IMG/VR virus record: IMGVR_UViG_3300032323_003671
Span: 9,263 to 73,262 of that record
DNA length: 64,000 nt
Source of the DNA: a virus
Direction: 5' to 3' (one strand)
The translations under genes were made by a program, and so were the position numbers. A model generated the notes under the pieces. The model ran no database searches. It was not told where the DNA came from and was given only the letters and a program-made list of their open reading frames with translations. Shown in pieces: positions 8,980 through 18,279 of the stretch. How positions within the stretch are numbered: the stretch's first letter is position 1; every line of letters begins with the position of its first letter.

Positions 8980-9662
8980 GCTACTTTCAAATCGTTTACT
9001 GCGATATCTAATGATCCATTTTTGCCAAGCATCTTTTTAATGTAACCAGCAGTGATTGCTGGTACTGAAGTAACAACTTGTGCAGTATCTTTATTTGCTA
9101 TTCCAGTGTTATTGAATCCTTTCAAGCCCCAATTGTAAAGGGCAATGATTCTATCCATACGGATAGCACCATTCGTAGTACCCCAAGGCTTATCCATATA
9201 CTGTCCTAAAATGATAGAACCAATCAAAATGTTTAATTCGGGATTCATTTGATCCTGCATAGTCAACTTTCTTGTATTACCTTTTGCATCAAAAGTTATT
9301 CCGAAAGATTTTAGCTTTTGTTTTTCAAATTCTGATAGACGACCTTGATTAAATTCTTTTGTCAAGGTAAAGTCAGGATTTCCTGTTCCTGCAACAAATT
9401 GTCTATTCCATTGCATTAAGCCAGTAGTTGGAGAATTATTTTGTGATCCTGCAGTTGGATTACCATTTGATTCAACCATAGTGAATGCCAAAAGAACAGC
9501 AGGTGGGATTCTAGAACTTTCGCCATATTGTTTAAAGAATGTACCATACTTAGACCATACATCTTTCATTTGTTTTGCTAGAGCTTCACGACTTGAATAC
9601 CAATTACTAGGACTTACTAGATTTGGATTTTTTTGAGGAACGGATAGTGTATAAGTAGCCAT
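8976..9662 (-). CDS. SLT-type lytic transglycosylase
   Basis: VESNGNP, GLMQ, NILIG, LYNWG motifs. Confidence 0.85.
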   Translation of the reverse strand: MATYTLSVPQKNPNLVSPSNWYSSREALAKQMKDVWSKYGTFFKQYGESSRIPPAVLLAFTMVESNGNPTAGSQNNSPTTGLMQWNRQFVAGTGNPDFTLTKEFNQGRLSEFEKQKLKSFGITFDAKGNTRKLTMQDQMNPELNILIGSIILGQYMDKPWGTTNGAIRMDRIIALYNWGLKGFNNTGIANKDTAQVVTSVPAITAGYIKKMLGKNGSLDIAVNDLKVA

Positions 9663-9667
9663 AGTTC

Positions 9668-9805
9668 TTAGTTAAATACGATTTTACGATTATTCTTTTT
9701 TTCGTCTTGTGTTTTCAGAGGACGAACTACAAAATAGTAATAGCCAGTACCTGCTAATAAAACGACTGCACCTAGCCCTAATATGAGTTTAAAATTTGAT
9801 TTCAT
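9668..9805 (-). CDS. small membrane protein (45 aa, not in ORF track)
   Basis: MKSNFKLILGLGAVVLLAGTGYYYF...; TACATTTG promoter element at 9832-9825. Confidence 0.65.
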   Translation of the reverse strand: MKSNFKLILGLGAVVLLAGTGYYYFVVRPLKTQDEKKNNRKIVFN

Positions 9806-9931
9806 TTCTTTGGTTTTTGTTAAACAAATGTAATTATTTTATTCTTTATTGAATGAATAACTATTTATATATCAGTTTTTTTACTATAAAATAGGGATTT
9901 TTTGATTAAAATTGTACATTAATTTAAAGGT

Positions 9932-12900
9932 TTGAAAAAGATAAAAAAAACTAGCGATGCCAAGGATGGAGGACTATTTGTTGGCAAATCACATGACGAT
10001 GGTGGGATTCCTGCTATAGTTGTAGATACTGGACAACCTATTGAGGTTGAAGGTGGTGAAGCTATTATTAATAAAAAGGCCACAGCCAAACACTGGAAAG
10101 AATTATCAAAAATCAATCAAAGTACTGGTGGCGTTCCAATTCCTCCTCCTGATCGAGCAGATGAACTTATGGACAAGTTTGAAAAGGGAGGAAAGTTAAC
10201 TCAATTGGAGAAAAAAACTATTCACAACAAGTGGAAAAACTTGGTGAATATGACATACACTGAATTGAGAAAGTATTATGATTCCAAAGATGGCAAAACT
10301 AGTGGCTTAACTCAAAAAGAAGCTGATGATTTAGGTATTGATTCAGGTCGTGAAAGTGCTGTATGGATCATGAAAATGAAACGCACAAACTACAAGGATT
10401 GGACACCTGAAATGTGGCGTTGGGCTAAAAAACAAATAAGTTTTATATCTCGAATGAGAGGTAACCAAGGCGAGTTAATGGAAAATGGCAGAAGAACTCC
10501 AAAATTAAAATCATTATTGATTTGGGGTCATAATCCTTACAAATATGCAGGAGGCGGAGACATTCCAGCTGAAGCAAAGTATCCAGTTGATGCAAATTCT
10601 CTTCAAGTAATGCTTAAATATGCATCAAAAGAAGATGCACCTGCTATTCAGGAACAAATAGCCAAACTTAAACAAGAACATAAAGAAAAGTACCAAAAGA
10701 ATCGGAAAAAATATAAAGGAGGTGGTAAACCATCGGATATTGCCTCTGCAATACTTGGATTGAAAGCACTTTTGAAATATCCAGAATTACTAGAAAAATT
10801 TGATAAGGAAAATATAGAATACACTATCAAAGGATTAGAAATTCTTGATAAAATGCATCCTTCTGAAATTGATCCTAACGATACAAGTAGTGGAGTGAAA
10901 TTTATTCCATACAAGGATTACGAAATAATGTATGATCCATATACTAAAAACTACTATGCTAACGATGCTGAATTTGATTCTTTAGAAGATGCAAAAGCAT
11001 TTTTAGATTCAGGTAAAATTTCTGATTCAATTAGAGGTGCAATGCATTATGAAGTGTATGGATATTCAAAAGGTGGGTCAGTAAATAATCAAACACTTTT
11101 AGCACCAAATGGTAAACCAACTAAATTAACTCCAGAACAATACAAATTAGTTCGTACACCAGAATTCAAAGCCTGGTTTGGAGATTGGGAAAATGATCCT
11201 GAAAGCGCAAGTAAGGTAGTTGATAGTAATGGTGAGCCTAAAATATATTATCAAGGCGTACCATATTATCTATATCCTAATGGAAAATTTATTTACGAAA
11301 AAGATAATAATGGAATATTTTTTACATCTGATAAAAGAATCGCTTTAACATATGGGGTAGTAAAAGAAGTATTCATCAATTGCAGAAATCCAAAAGATAT
11401 CAGAAATTATTTTGGATTCGATGGTAAAAAAATACCGAATAGTGTCAGAAATGATAGAAACTATGATTTTAAATCGGAAGAAGAAATCCAATATGCCAAT
11501 TCAGATAAAGAAGTCATTAAATTTTATAAGGAAGTTATCAATAAGTATGGTAAACCCATTGAAATAACTGTTGATTCTACTGGTGAAAAATTCAAATTTA
11601 AGAGTGTAGAAGAAATAAAAAAATTCTTAATTCCAACTTCAGAAAAAGGATTTTCATTTTTGAATTTTACACGTAGAAGTCTTTTTTGGAATTGGATAGC
11701 AGAATATATTAAAAATTCTGAATACGATGGGATATTTGCAACTGATGAAGATCGTCTTTCTGAAGAAATATCAGATAGTGTAGTTGTTTATAATTCTAAT
11801 CAAATAAAACTTGCAGATGGAACGAATACTACTTTTGATTCTGAAAATCCTGATATTCGATTTGAAGATGGAGGATCAGTAAATAATCAACCACTTTTAG
11901 CACCAAATGGTAAACCAAGTAATCTATCGCCAGAACAATACAAATTAGTTCGCACACTAGAATTCAAAGCATGGTTTGGCGATTGGGAAAAATTGATTCA
12001 AGTCAAAATGAATGATTCTGCTATAGATGAAATTTCTCTGAAAAAAATATCAGATACAGTAAGTAAGGTCGTGGATTCAAATGGCGAACCTATGGTGGTT
12101 TATCACACAACTGACAAAGAATTTTTTATTTTCGATAAAAAAAAATCAAAAGAAGGATTCTTTTTCTCACCTCAAAAAGAAAGACTTTCAGTATATAATA
12201 AATCAAAAATAGGTCAGTATTTTTTAAATGTAAAAAATCCTTCTCACGAATTGTTTAAATCAGATGTGAATTATATTTTATCGAAAGGATACGATGGAAT
12301 TATGGATTATGGCCATGCAAGAAAAATAAATGAATCCTTGTATGAAATAATTGTTTTCGAACCTAATCAAATAAAACTTGCAGATGGAACGAATACTACT
12401 TTTGATTCTGAAAATCCTGATATTCGATTTGAAGATGGTGGCAAGACTGATTTAACATACAAAGAAAAATACAACAAGAAATATGGGTATGATTTGGATA
12501 AGTCTCACAGTCTTGAAGAAATAGCATCAAAAACAGGTATTTCACTTGAAGGGCTTCAAGAAATTTTCAATAAAGGTGTGGGTGCTTATAGAACAAATCC
12601 TGAAAGCGTTAGACCAAATGTAAAATCTCCAGAACAATGGGGAATGGCTAGAGTTTATAGCGCAGTCATGGGCGGTAAAACAGCAAAGATAGATTCAAAA
12701 GAACTTAAAATGGAAGGCGGAGGCAAAACCGATTCAGAAATGAATATAGAAAGATACGTTGTCAAACCTAGAGTAAAATTTGGGATGGTATTTGGGTATG
12801 TTGTTTACGATAATTTAGAAAAAAAGAATTTGCCTTATGATTATGATGAAGATGAACAATGGAAAGCTCAATCAAAAGCAGATTTACAAAACGAATTGGA

Positions 12901-13345
12901 GAAAAATCGTTTAAATAAAATGGAAGAAGGTGGCGTAACAGATAAAAAAGATACAGTAACCTTAGATATTCCATTACTCATAAGATTATTAGAATTATCA
13001 AGAGAAGACATTCAATCAGATGCTGACTTACACAAGGTTGTAGAAAATATGCTCGATTTAAAAAATAAGGAGGTCTTAACAATGGAGGATTATGATAAAA
13101 TTTCTCAAATCGCAAAAGAAAAATTAATTTCCCAAGCGCATTATAATTTGACAAGAAAACAAGGCCGACCTGAATACGCACCGAATTCACGTGAAATTGA
13201 AGCAGAGATTGAAAGAATGATAAATACAGAAAAATCAAAATTTGCCGATGGTGGAATACTAGAATCTGATACAATGGTAGTTCTACAATCACCAACTGAA
13301 ATGTTGGATGAAATCAACTTTAATGCACAATTTAAACCAGAATAA
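9932..13345 (+). CDS. large modular polyvalent protein (DUF3140-like, two ART-PolyVal-like modules, DUF5824-like)
   Basis: Two LAPNGKP...FKAWFGDWE...SKVVDSNGEP...QIKLADGTNTTFD modules; W..LVNMT..EL and KGVGAY...QWGMARV blocks; about nine [FMY]xxGG linkers. Confidence 0.7.
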   Translation: MKKIKKTSDAKDGGLFVGKSHDDGGIPAIVVDTGQPIEVEGGEAIINKKATAKHWKELSKINQSTGGVPIPPPDRADELMDKFEKGGKLTQLEKKTIHNKWKNLVNMTYTELRKYYDSKDGKTSGLTQKEADDLGIDSGRESAVWIMKMKRTNYKDWTPEMWRWAKKQISFISRMRGNQGELMENGRRTPKLKSLLIWGHNPYKYAGGGDIPAEAKYPVDANSLQVMLKYASKEDAPAIQEQIAKLKQEHKEKYQKNRKKYKGGGKPSDIASAILGLKALLKYPELLEKFDKENIEYTIKGLEILDKMHPSEIDPNDTSSGVKFIPYKDYEIMYDPYTKNYYANDAEFDSLEDAKAFLDSGKISDSIRGAMHYEVYGYSKGGSVNNQTLLAPNGKPTKLTPEQYKLVRTPEFKAWFGDWENDPESASKVVDSNGEPKIYYQGVPYYLYPNGKFIYEKDNNGIFFTSDKRIALTYGVVKEVFINCRNPKDIRNYFGFDGKKIPNSVRNDRNYDFKSEEEIQYANSDKEVIKFYKEVINKYGKPIEITVDSTGEKFKFKSVEEIKKFLIPTSEKGFSFLNFTRRSLFWNWIAEYIKNSEYDGIFATDEDRLSEEISDSVVVYNSNQIKLADGTNTTFDSENPDIRFEDGGSVNNQPLLAPNGKPSNLSPEQYKLVRTLEFKAWFGDWEKLIQVKMNDSAIDEISLKKISDTVSKVVDSNGEPMVVYHTTDKEFFIFDKKKSKEGFFFSPQKERLSVYNKSKIGQYFLNVKNPSHELFKSDVNYILSKGYDGIMDYGHARKINESLYEIIVFEPNQIKLADGTNTTFDSENPDIRFEDGGKTDLTYKEKYNKKYGYDLDKSHSLEEIASKTGISLEGLQEIFNKGVGAYRTNPESVRPNVKSPEQWGMARVYSAVMGGKTAKIDSKELKMEGGGKTDSEMNIERYVVKPRVKFGMVFGYVVYDNLEKKNLPYDYDEDEQWKAQSKADLQNELEKNRLNKMEEGGVTDKKDTVTLDIPLLIRLLELSREDIQSDADLHKVVENMLDLKNKEVLTMEDYDKISQIAKEKLISQAHYNLTRKQGRPEYAPNSREIEAEIERMINTEKSKFADGGILESDTMVVLQSPTEMLDEINFNAQFKPE
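11796..12438 (+). repeat. 76-bp exact direct repeat (11796-11871 and 12363-12438)
   Basis: ctaatcaaataaaacttgcagatgg...tttgaagatgg is identical in both copies; module starts near 11077 and 11877 are also near-identical. Confidence 0.9.
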
Positions 13346-13348
13346 TAA

Positions 13349-16300
13349 ATGGAAGCCCAAGATATTCAAAAACAGGTAGAAGAAAGATTAAAAGCTCAAC
13401 AAGAAGGCAAGGAATTCAAAGACATTGGTAAGGTTGCATATACTAAAAAAGAAATGGCAGCCTACAGATTAATATCATCAAAAATGCTTGTGGATTTAGA
13501 AGTAGATCCTACAATAGCATTTAACATGGTCAAAAAAGAAAATGTTTGGCCTGCATATAATGTTCAAGAATTAAAAGAAAAAGGTGTTTCTAGTGGTGCT
13601 GCATTTATGATGGTTAAATTAAGGACATCAGTTCCTAATAAACCTGAAAACTCTCCAAATAAGAGATCAAGTTATGTTCATTTTTTAGAATTACTTCAAT
13701 CAGATTTACAAAAGTGTATGACTTACTCTGATGTTTACAATTTGGCTCAAGAGTATCAAAAAATGCCATTGGATAAATTGATTGAATACTTTATCGATCC
13801 ATCTATTTTCCAGATGGATGAAGAAAATAGAATACTTGTTTTAGAAAAAGCCAAAAATAATCCTTCTATTCAGAAATTTACAAGTCGAGGATCTATATAT
13901 AATTTATTTAAAGAAGTATTTGCAACAACATTTGCAAATCTCATTTTTAACAAGACAGATGCAACTAATGCAGTATGGTATCAAGCTAGAGAATTTGCAG
14001 CACTTTCAGAAGAAGATTCTAAAACGCTTATTGACAAACAAATTGAATCGACAAAAAAGCAAGTAGAAGAAAATAATGCTGAAATTGAAAAAATCAAATC
14101 TGCATCATTTTCAGAACTAAAAAAAATAGCTGAAAAATATTACAGATTAAGTTCAGCAGCTAAAAAAATATACTATAGTGATCAACCTAAGTTGATGGAA
14201 TTTCTATTAGAAACCTTTCAAAGGAAAAATCAAAGGAGGGAGCTTGAACTTGCGGCATACAAACAAAAATATTCTCCAAGGTTAGAGGATTGGAGTTGGT
14301 TTGAAAAACCTAAAACTGAATCAGATACTCCAACAAAAAAGAGAGAGAAATCTATTAATACCAAAGAACCTTTATCTTATATAAAAAGAATAGGTGGATA
14401 TAAAATAAACACTGTCAAGGCACAAGAAATTATTGATTTATTTGGTTTTTCAGCTGTCAATTATGGAAAATATGTTGATGATGCCTGGTCGAAGCAACAC
14501 ACTAAACATTTTTTAGGTGCAATTTCAGATTTAGGTGATGTTTTAAACATTGATATTAAAAAAGTAAATGAGATAGGTGGATTGTCTATTGCTTTTGGTG
14601 CGAAAGGTATTGCTGGACACATGGCAACATATTTTTCTCAAAGTCATGATATAAATCTTACTAGAGGAAATGGAGATGGTTCAGTTGCTCATGAATGGGG
14701 ACATTATTTTGATAACATACTTTGTGATTTATCTGAAAAGAAAGCAGAACCAAAATTTGCATCAGCATCAAAAGCTGATAACGCAAGTATATCTGATATA
14801 GTTTCAAAAATAATGAACTTTATTTATAAAGGAGATCCAGAATATACCCCTAGAATTCCAATGACTTTTTATGCCAAAAAGTCTAGTTCTGTACCTTCGT
14901 ATTATAGTTATAAATATGGCAATCAGTCTATAAAAATTTTAGATACTATTGAAGAAACGTTAGATCAGTATTTAGATTTAGCAGAAGTAAATAGAGATAG
15001 ATATAATACTCAGTTAAGAGTTTTTGGATATATCATCGATGCCTTCGGTTTGGATAAATATTTGATTCCTATGAAATTGACTACAAGTTATCACTTTCAT
15101 AAATCTGCTTATTTTTCTTTCGTTTATTCAGGCACAAAAGAAAATGGTCAGCCTGCAATAATTACTGGTACAAGATCAGCCTATTGGACAAAAAATGTTG
15201 AGTTGTTTGCAAGAGCTTGGGAAACAGTAATTCTTAAAAAATTACTAGACAAAAATAGAGTTAGCAACTATTTAGTTGCTGATATTAATATGCAAGATGT
15301 CATTGATGAAAATTGGTTTCAACCTTATCCACAAGGAAAAGAACTTGAATATCTTGAAACTTTAATTGATGAACTAATAGATGCATTCAAATTAGTTTAT
15401 TCGGTGGGAGATTTCAATCCACCAAGTAGTATCAGAGAGGATGAATATTTAGATTTATCTCCGAATACAGATGAAGGTAAAACTGAATCAGGAATGGTAA
15501 TTGATAAATCAACCGAAACAAAAACAACAACTTTTATTGAAAACGATAAGGTAGTTGAACAAATTAAAAAACCAAGAAAACCTAGAACAAAGAAAACCGA
15601 AGCTGTCTCTCCAGAACCAAGTGTGGCAGCAATTGAAGAAAATTCTCTAGAATTACAAGAAGATGAAGAACCAAAAGTAGAAGAAATGCAAGAACAAGTA
15701 AAAAATGAATCGATTGACGATTCTCAGATAAATGTTTCTCTTTATGCAAATAATTGGAATCAAGTTCCTATTCGATGGAAAAATGTCAAAGGTATTCGTC
15801 CAATAGTAGTCAGTTTAAATCCATTTGATAAAAACCTATTAAGTCTTGCAAAAATTATTGTCAATACAAACATTAATTTCACCCCAAAACCAATTTTTAG
15901 TGCAATGTCTTTTGATAGCTCTGGAGTAACTTTTACAGATGCAAAGAAATTAGTTCATATCGCAGGTGAAAACATAGATTACACAGGAAACTATCCTACT
16001 TCTGAAACATCAAAATTTTTTCCAGGTTCAATTGAAAAACAAACCAAAGAATTGAATGCTATTCAATATCCGAATTGGAGATCGATAGTACCTAAAGAAA
16101 GCAAAGTAGAAAAAATAGAGATTGATAAACTTTATCAGTATGTTGTAGTTGCACTAAACTATGCAAACAAAATAAATCATACCATTGGATTTAAGTTTAG
16201 CAATTCAGATTTTATTGGATTTGATGGTGAGTTTCTAAAAGACATTTTAGAAGTACTTATGAAACTGCAACATACCAAAGATATCTATGTTCATTGGGCA

Positions 16301-17770
16301 AGTTCAAGTAGAGCTGTTTTATTTAGTTATGAAAAATCAATTGACATTGAAAAATCAACTTATGCGTTATTAATGCCGATGATGTTGCATGATGGTATTA
16401 ATCAATTAGGTGCATCAGATATTGATTACAAAAAAGATTTGAATTGTTATTTTGATTTTTCTGATAATCAAATTTATAATGCCGATGGATCAGTAGCAGA
16501 CTACAAAGAAAACTATGGAGATGCACCAGGAATGTCTTTGAATTTAATTTCAATGTTCGCTTCTTTCTTAAAATCAAGTAAATCAAAAAAAGACGCATAT
16601 TTTTATAGCTACATAAGAGTAGATAACGATAGTATATTGGTTTCTGATAAGAATACAAGACTTGAAATTCCAAATGATTATGATTTAATAACAGGTCTTT
16701 ATACTATTGAGAACAATGTTTTAATTCGTGATATTTCTGCAGATATAGATAACTATTCACTCGAAAAGAGAATAGCTACAAAAGATCCGATATTTGTTGC
16801 TAACACAGAGCAATTGCTTTTTTATATGAACAAAATGTCAAATCACCTATCTGATGATGATGATTTCAGACCTAAATTATCTGGATATATTTTTGAGAAA
16901 AAAGATAATCAAGTAAATGCAGTATCTACAGATGCTCATACTTTGATCAAACTTGATATCACAAATGCAATTGAATCTTCAATCGATGAATTCAATGTAA
17001 TTCTTGGGAATGCCACAACATTAATGAATGTTTCAAAATCTTGGGATTCAAAAAAAGTTGCGGTTTACATTGATAGTAAGGAAGAAAAATATCGTATCGT
17101 TTCAGATAGAATTCATTTTGAAGGTAAATTATATGACAAAGGCGTTACAAATTGGCGAGCAGTAACTCCAAACATTGTAAATAATCAATTGAAATTTAAT
17201 GTTAAAGATTTATTCTCTTGTTTGACTAATCCCGAACTTAAAAAGTATGCCGATAAATTCGGATCAAAAGTAAAAGACCTAGCTTTGTATAACAACTTTA
17301 ATGAAGTTTATGCGATTTATGATGCAAAAAACAATAATGAAAGTATCAAAGTTTGTGATTTAAAATTAAATCATACTGAAATAAACGAGTTGTTTAATAT
17401 CAATGAATCTTATGTTTTAATAATGCCTGTTGTATTTACGAATGGAAATTATTTCAATTTAGGAATAGGCAAACTTGAAGATGTAATGAATTCTATTGGT
17501 AAAGAAGAATGTACAGTAGTATATAAGGAATTAAATAGTGGCTATGTCTTCACTTCTGAAAATCTTTATTACAAAAACTCGGATGTTTACAAACCTGAGA
17601 AACCTAAAAAAGTTCAAAAACCAGTTGTCAAACCATCTGAACCTACTAATCAAAAGCAAGAAATATTAGATGCTTTAACTGGTGCGAAAACACTACTAAA
17701 ATACGTATCAGGAGAGGATAAATCAAATCTTTCGGCTTATATTAGAGGACTTGAAATCCTAATGAAATAA
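13349..17770 (+). CDS. large polyvalent protein: LPD1-like zincin region plus C-terminal beta-clamp-like domains
   Basis: HEWGH and ELFARAWE motifs; RPKLSG...VNAVSTDAHTL and YPNWRSIVP resemble DnaN motifs. Confidence 0.65.
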   Translation: MEAQDIQKQVEERLKAQQEGKEFKDIGKVAYTKKEMAAYRLISSKMLVDLEVDPTIAFNMVKKENVWPAYNVQELKEKGVSSGAAFMMVKLRTSVPNKPENSPNKRSSYVHFLELLQSDLQKCMTYSDVYNLAQEYQKMPLDKLIEYFIDPSIFQMDEENRILVLEKAKNNPSIQKFTSRGSIYNLFKEVFATTFANLIFNKTDATNAVWYQAREFAALSEEDSKTLIDKQIESTKKQVEENNAEIEKIKSASFSELKKIAEKYYRLSSAAKKIYYSDQPKLMEFLLETFQRKNQRRELELAAYKQKYSPRLEDWSWFEKPKTESDTPTKKREKSINTKEPLSYIKRIGGYKINTVKAQEIIDLFGFSAVNYGKYVDDAWSKQHTKHFLGAISDLGDVLNIDIKKVNEIGGLSIAFGAKGIAGHMATYFSQSHDINLTRGNGDGSVAHEWGHYFDNILCDLSEKKAEPKFASASKADNASISDIVSKIMNFIYKGDPEYTPRIPMTFYAKKSSSVPSYYSYKYGNQSIKILDTIEETLDQYLDLAEVNRDRYNTQLRVFGYIIDAFGLDKYLIPMKLTTSYHFHKSAYFSFVYSGTKENGQPAIITGTRSAYWTKNVELFARAWETVILKKLLDKNRVSNYLVADINMQDVIDENWFQPYPQGKELEYLETLIDELIDAFKLVYSVGDFNPPSSIREDEYLDLSPNTDEGKTESGMVIDKSTETKTTTFIENDKVVEQIKKPRKPRTKKTEAVSPEPSVAAIEENSLELQEDEEPKVEEMQEQVKNESIDDSQINVSLYANNWNQVPIRWKNVKGIRPIVVSLNPFDKNLLSLAKIIVNTNINFTPKPIFSAMSFDSSGVTFTDAKKLVHIAGENIDYTGNYPTSETSKFFPGSIEKQTKELNAIQYPNWRSIVPKESKVEKIEIDKLYQYVVVALNYANKINHTIGFKFSNSDFIGFDGEFLKDILEVLMKLQHTKDIYVHWASSSRAVLFSYEKSIDIEKSTYALLMPMMLHDGINQLGASDIDYKKDLNCYFDFSDNQIYNADGSVADYKENYGDAPGMSLNLISMFASFLKSSKSKKDAYFYSYIRVDNDSILVSDKNTRLEIPNDYDLITGLYTIENNVLIRDISADIDNYSLEKRIATKDPIFVANTEQLLFYMNKMSNHLSDDDDFRPKLSGYIFEKKDNQVNAVSTDAHTLIKLDITNAIESSIDEFNVILGNATTLMNVSKSWDSKKVAVYIDSKEEKYRIVSDRIHFEGKLYDKGVTNWRAVTPNIVNNQLKFNVKDLFSCLTNPELKKYADKFGSKVKDLALYNNFNEVYAIYDAKNNNESIKVCDLKLNHTEINELFNINESYVLIMPVVFTNGNYFNLGIGKLEDVMNSIGKEECTVVYKELNSGYVFTSENLYYKNSDVYKPEKPKKVQKPVVKPSEPTNQKQEILDALTGAKTLLKYVSGEDKSNLSAYIRGLEILMK

Positions 17771-17797
17771 ATAATAACTTTGTTAAAATCTTTTAAA

Positions 17798-18262
17798 ATG
17801 AATATTGCAGAAATCAAATCAGACATTCGAGATCTTGAAGCAGCTATAAAATCTCCTCAAACTCCAGATAACTTTAAAGAAAAAATGAAAGCGCAAGTTG
17901 AAGTTCTTAAAGTTAAACTTGAAGAGGCCGAATCCAAAGCCAAAGAACCAGCACCTGCTGAACCAAAAATTGAGCCGAAAAAAAAAGGTGTTCCATTACC
18001 TAAAGATCAACAACAAAAAGTTGAATACGATTGTGATGAACTAATTGCTCAGGCAAAGGCTAGACGTAAAGCAGCTAAAGAGCGTTCAAAAGCTCCTAAA
18101 AAAACCGAAGCGACAAAGAACAAAGAAAAAATCGAAACAGTATTTGATAATGTGAAAAAACGTGCAGACGAAAAAGACATTTCAAAAGCAGAAATTGAAA
18201 AGCTAATTTCTGAGACAAAAACATTATTAAAATTATTAGAGACTAAATTATCATCTCTTTAA
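17798..18262 (+). CDS. coiled-coil/basic hypothetical protein
   Basis: Helical, Lys/Glu-rich; ATG 17798 preferred over TTG 17780. Confidence 0.65.
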   Translation: MNIAEIKSDIRDLEAAIKSPQTPDNFKEKMKAQVEVLKVKLEEAESKAKEPAPAEPKIEPKKKGVPLPKDQQQKVEYDCDELIAQAKARRKAAKERSKAPKKTEATKNKEKIETVFDNVKKRADEKDISKAEIEKLISETKTLLKLLETKLSSL

Positions 18263-18279
18263 AATCAAAAGTTCTTATC

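Noticed and set aside
11070-12438. Diversity-generating retroelement template/variable repeat
   Set aside because: Repeat is exact rather than adenine-mutated, and no reverse transcriptase is in the window
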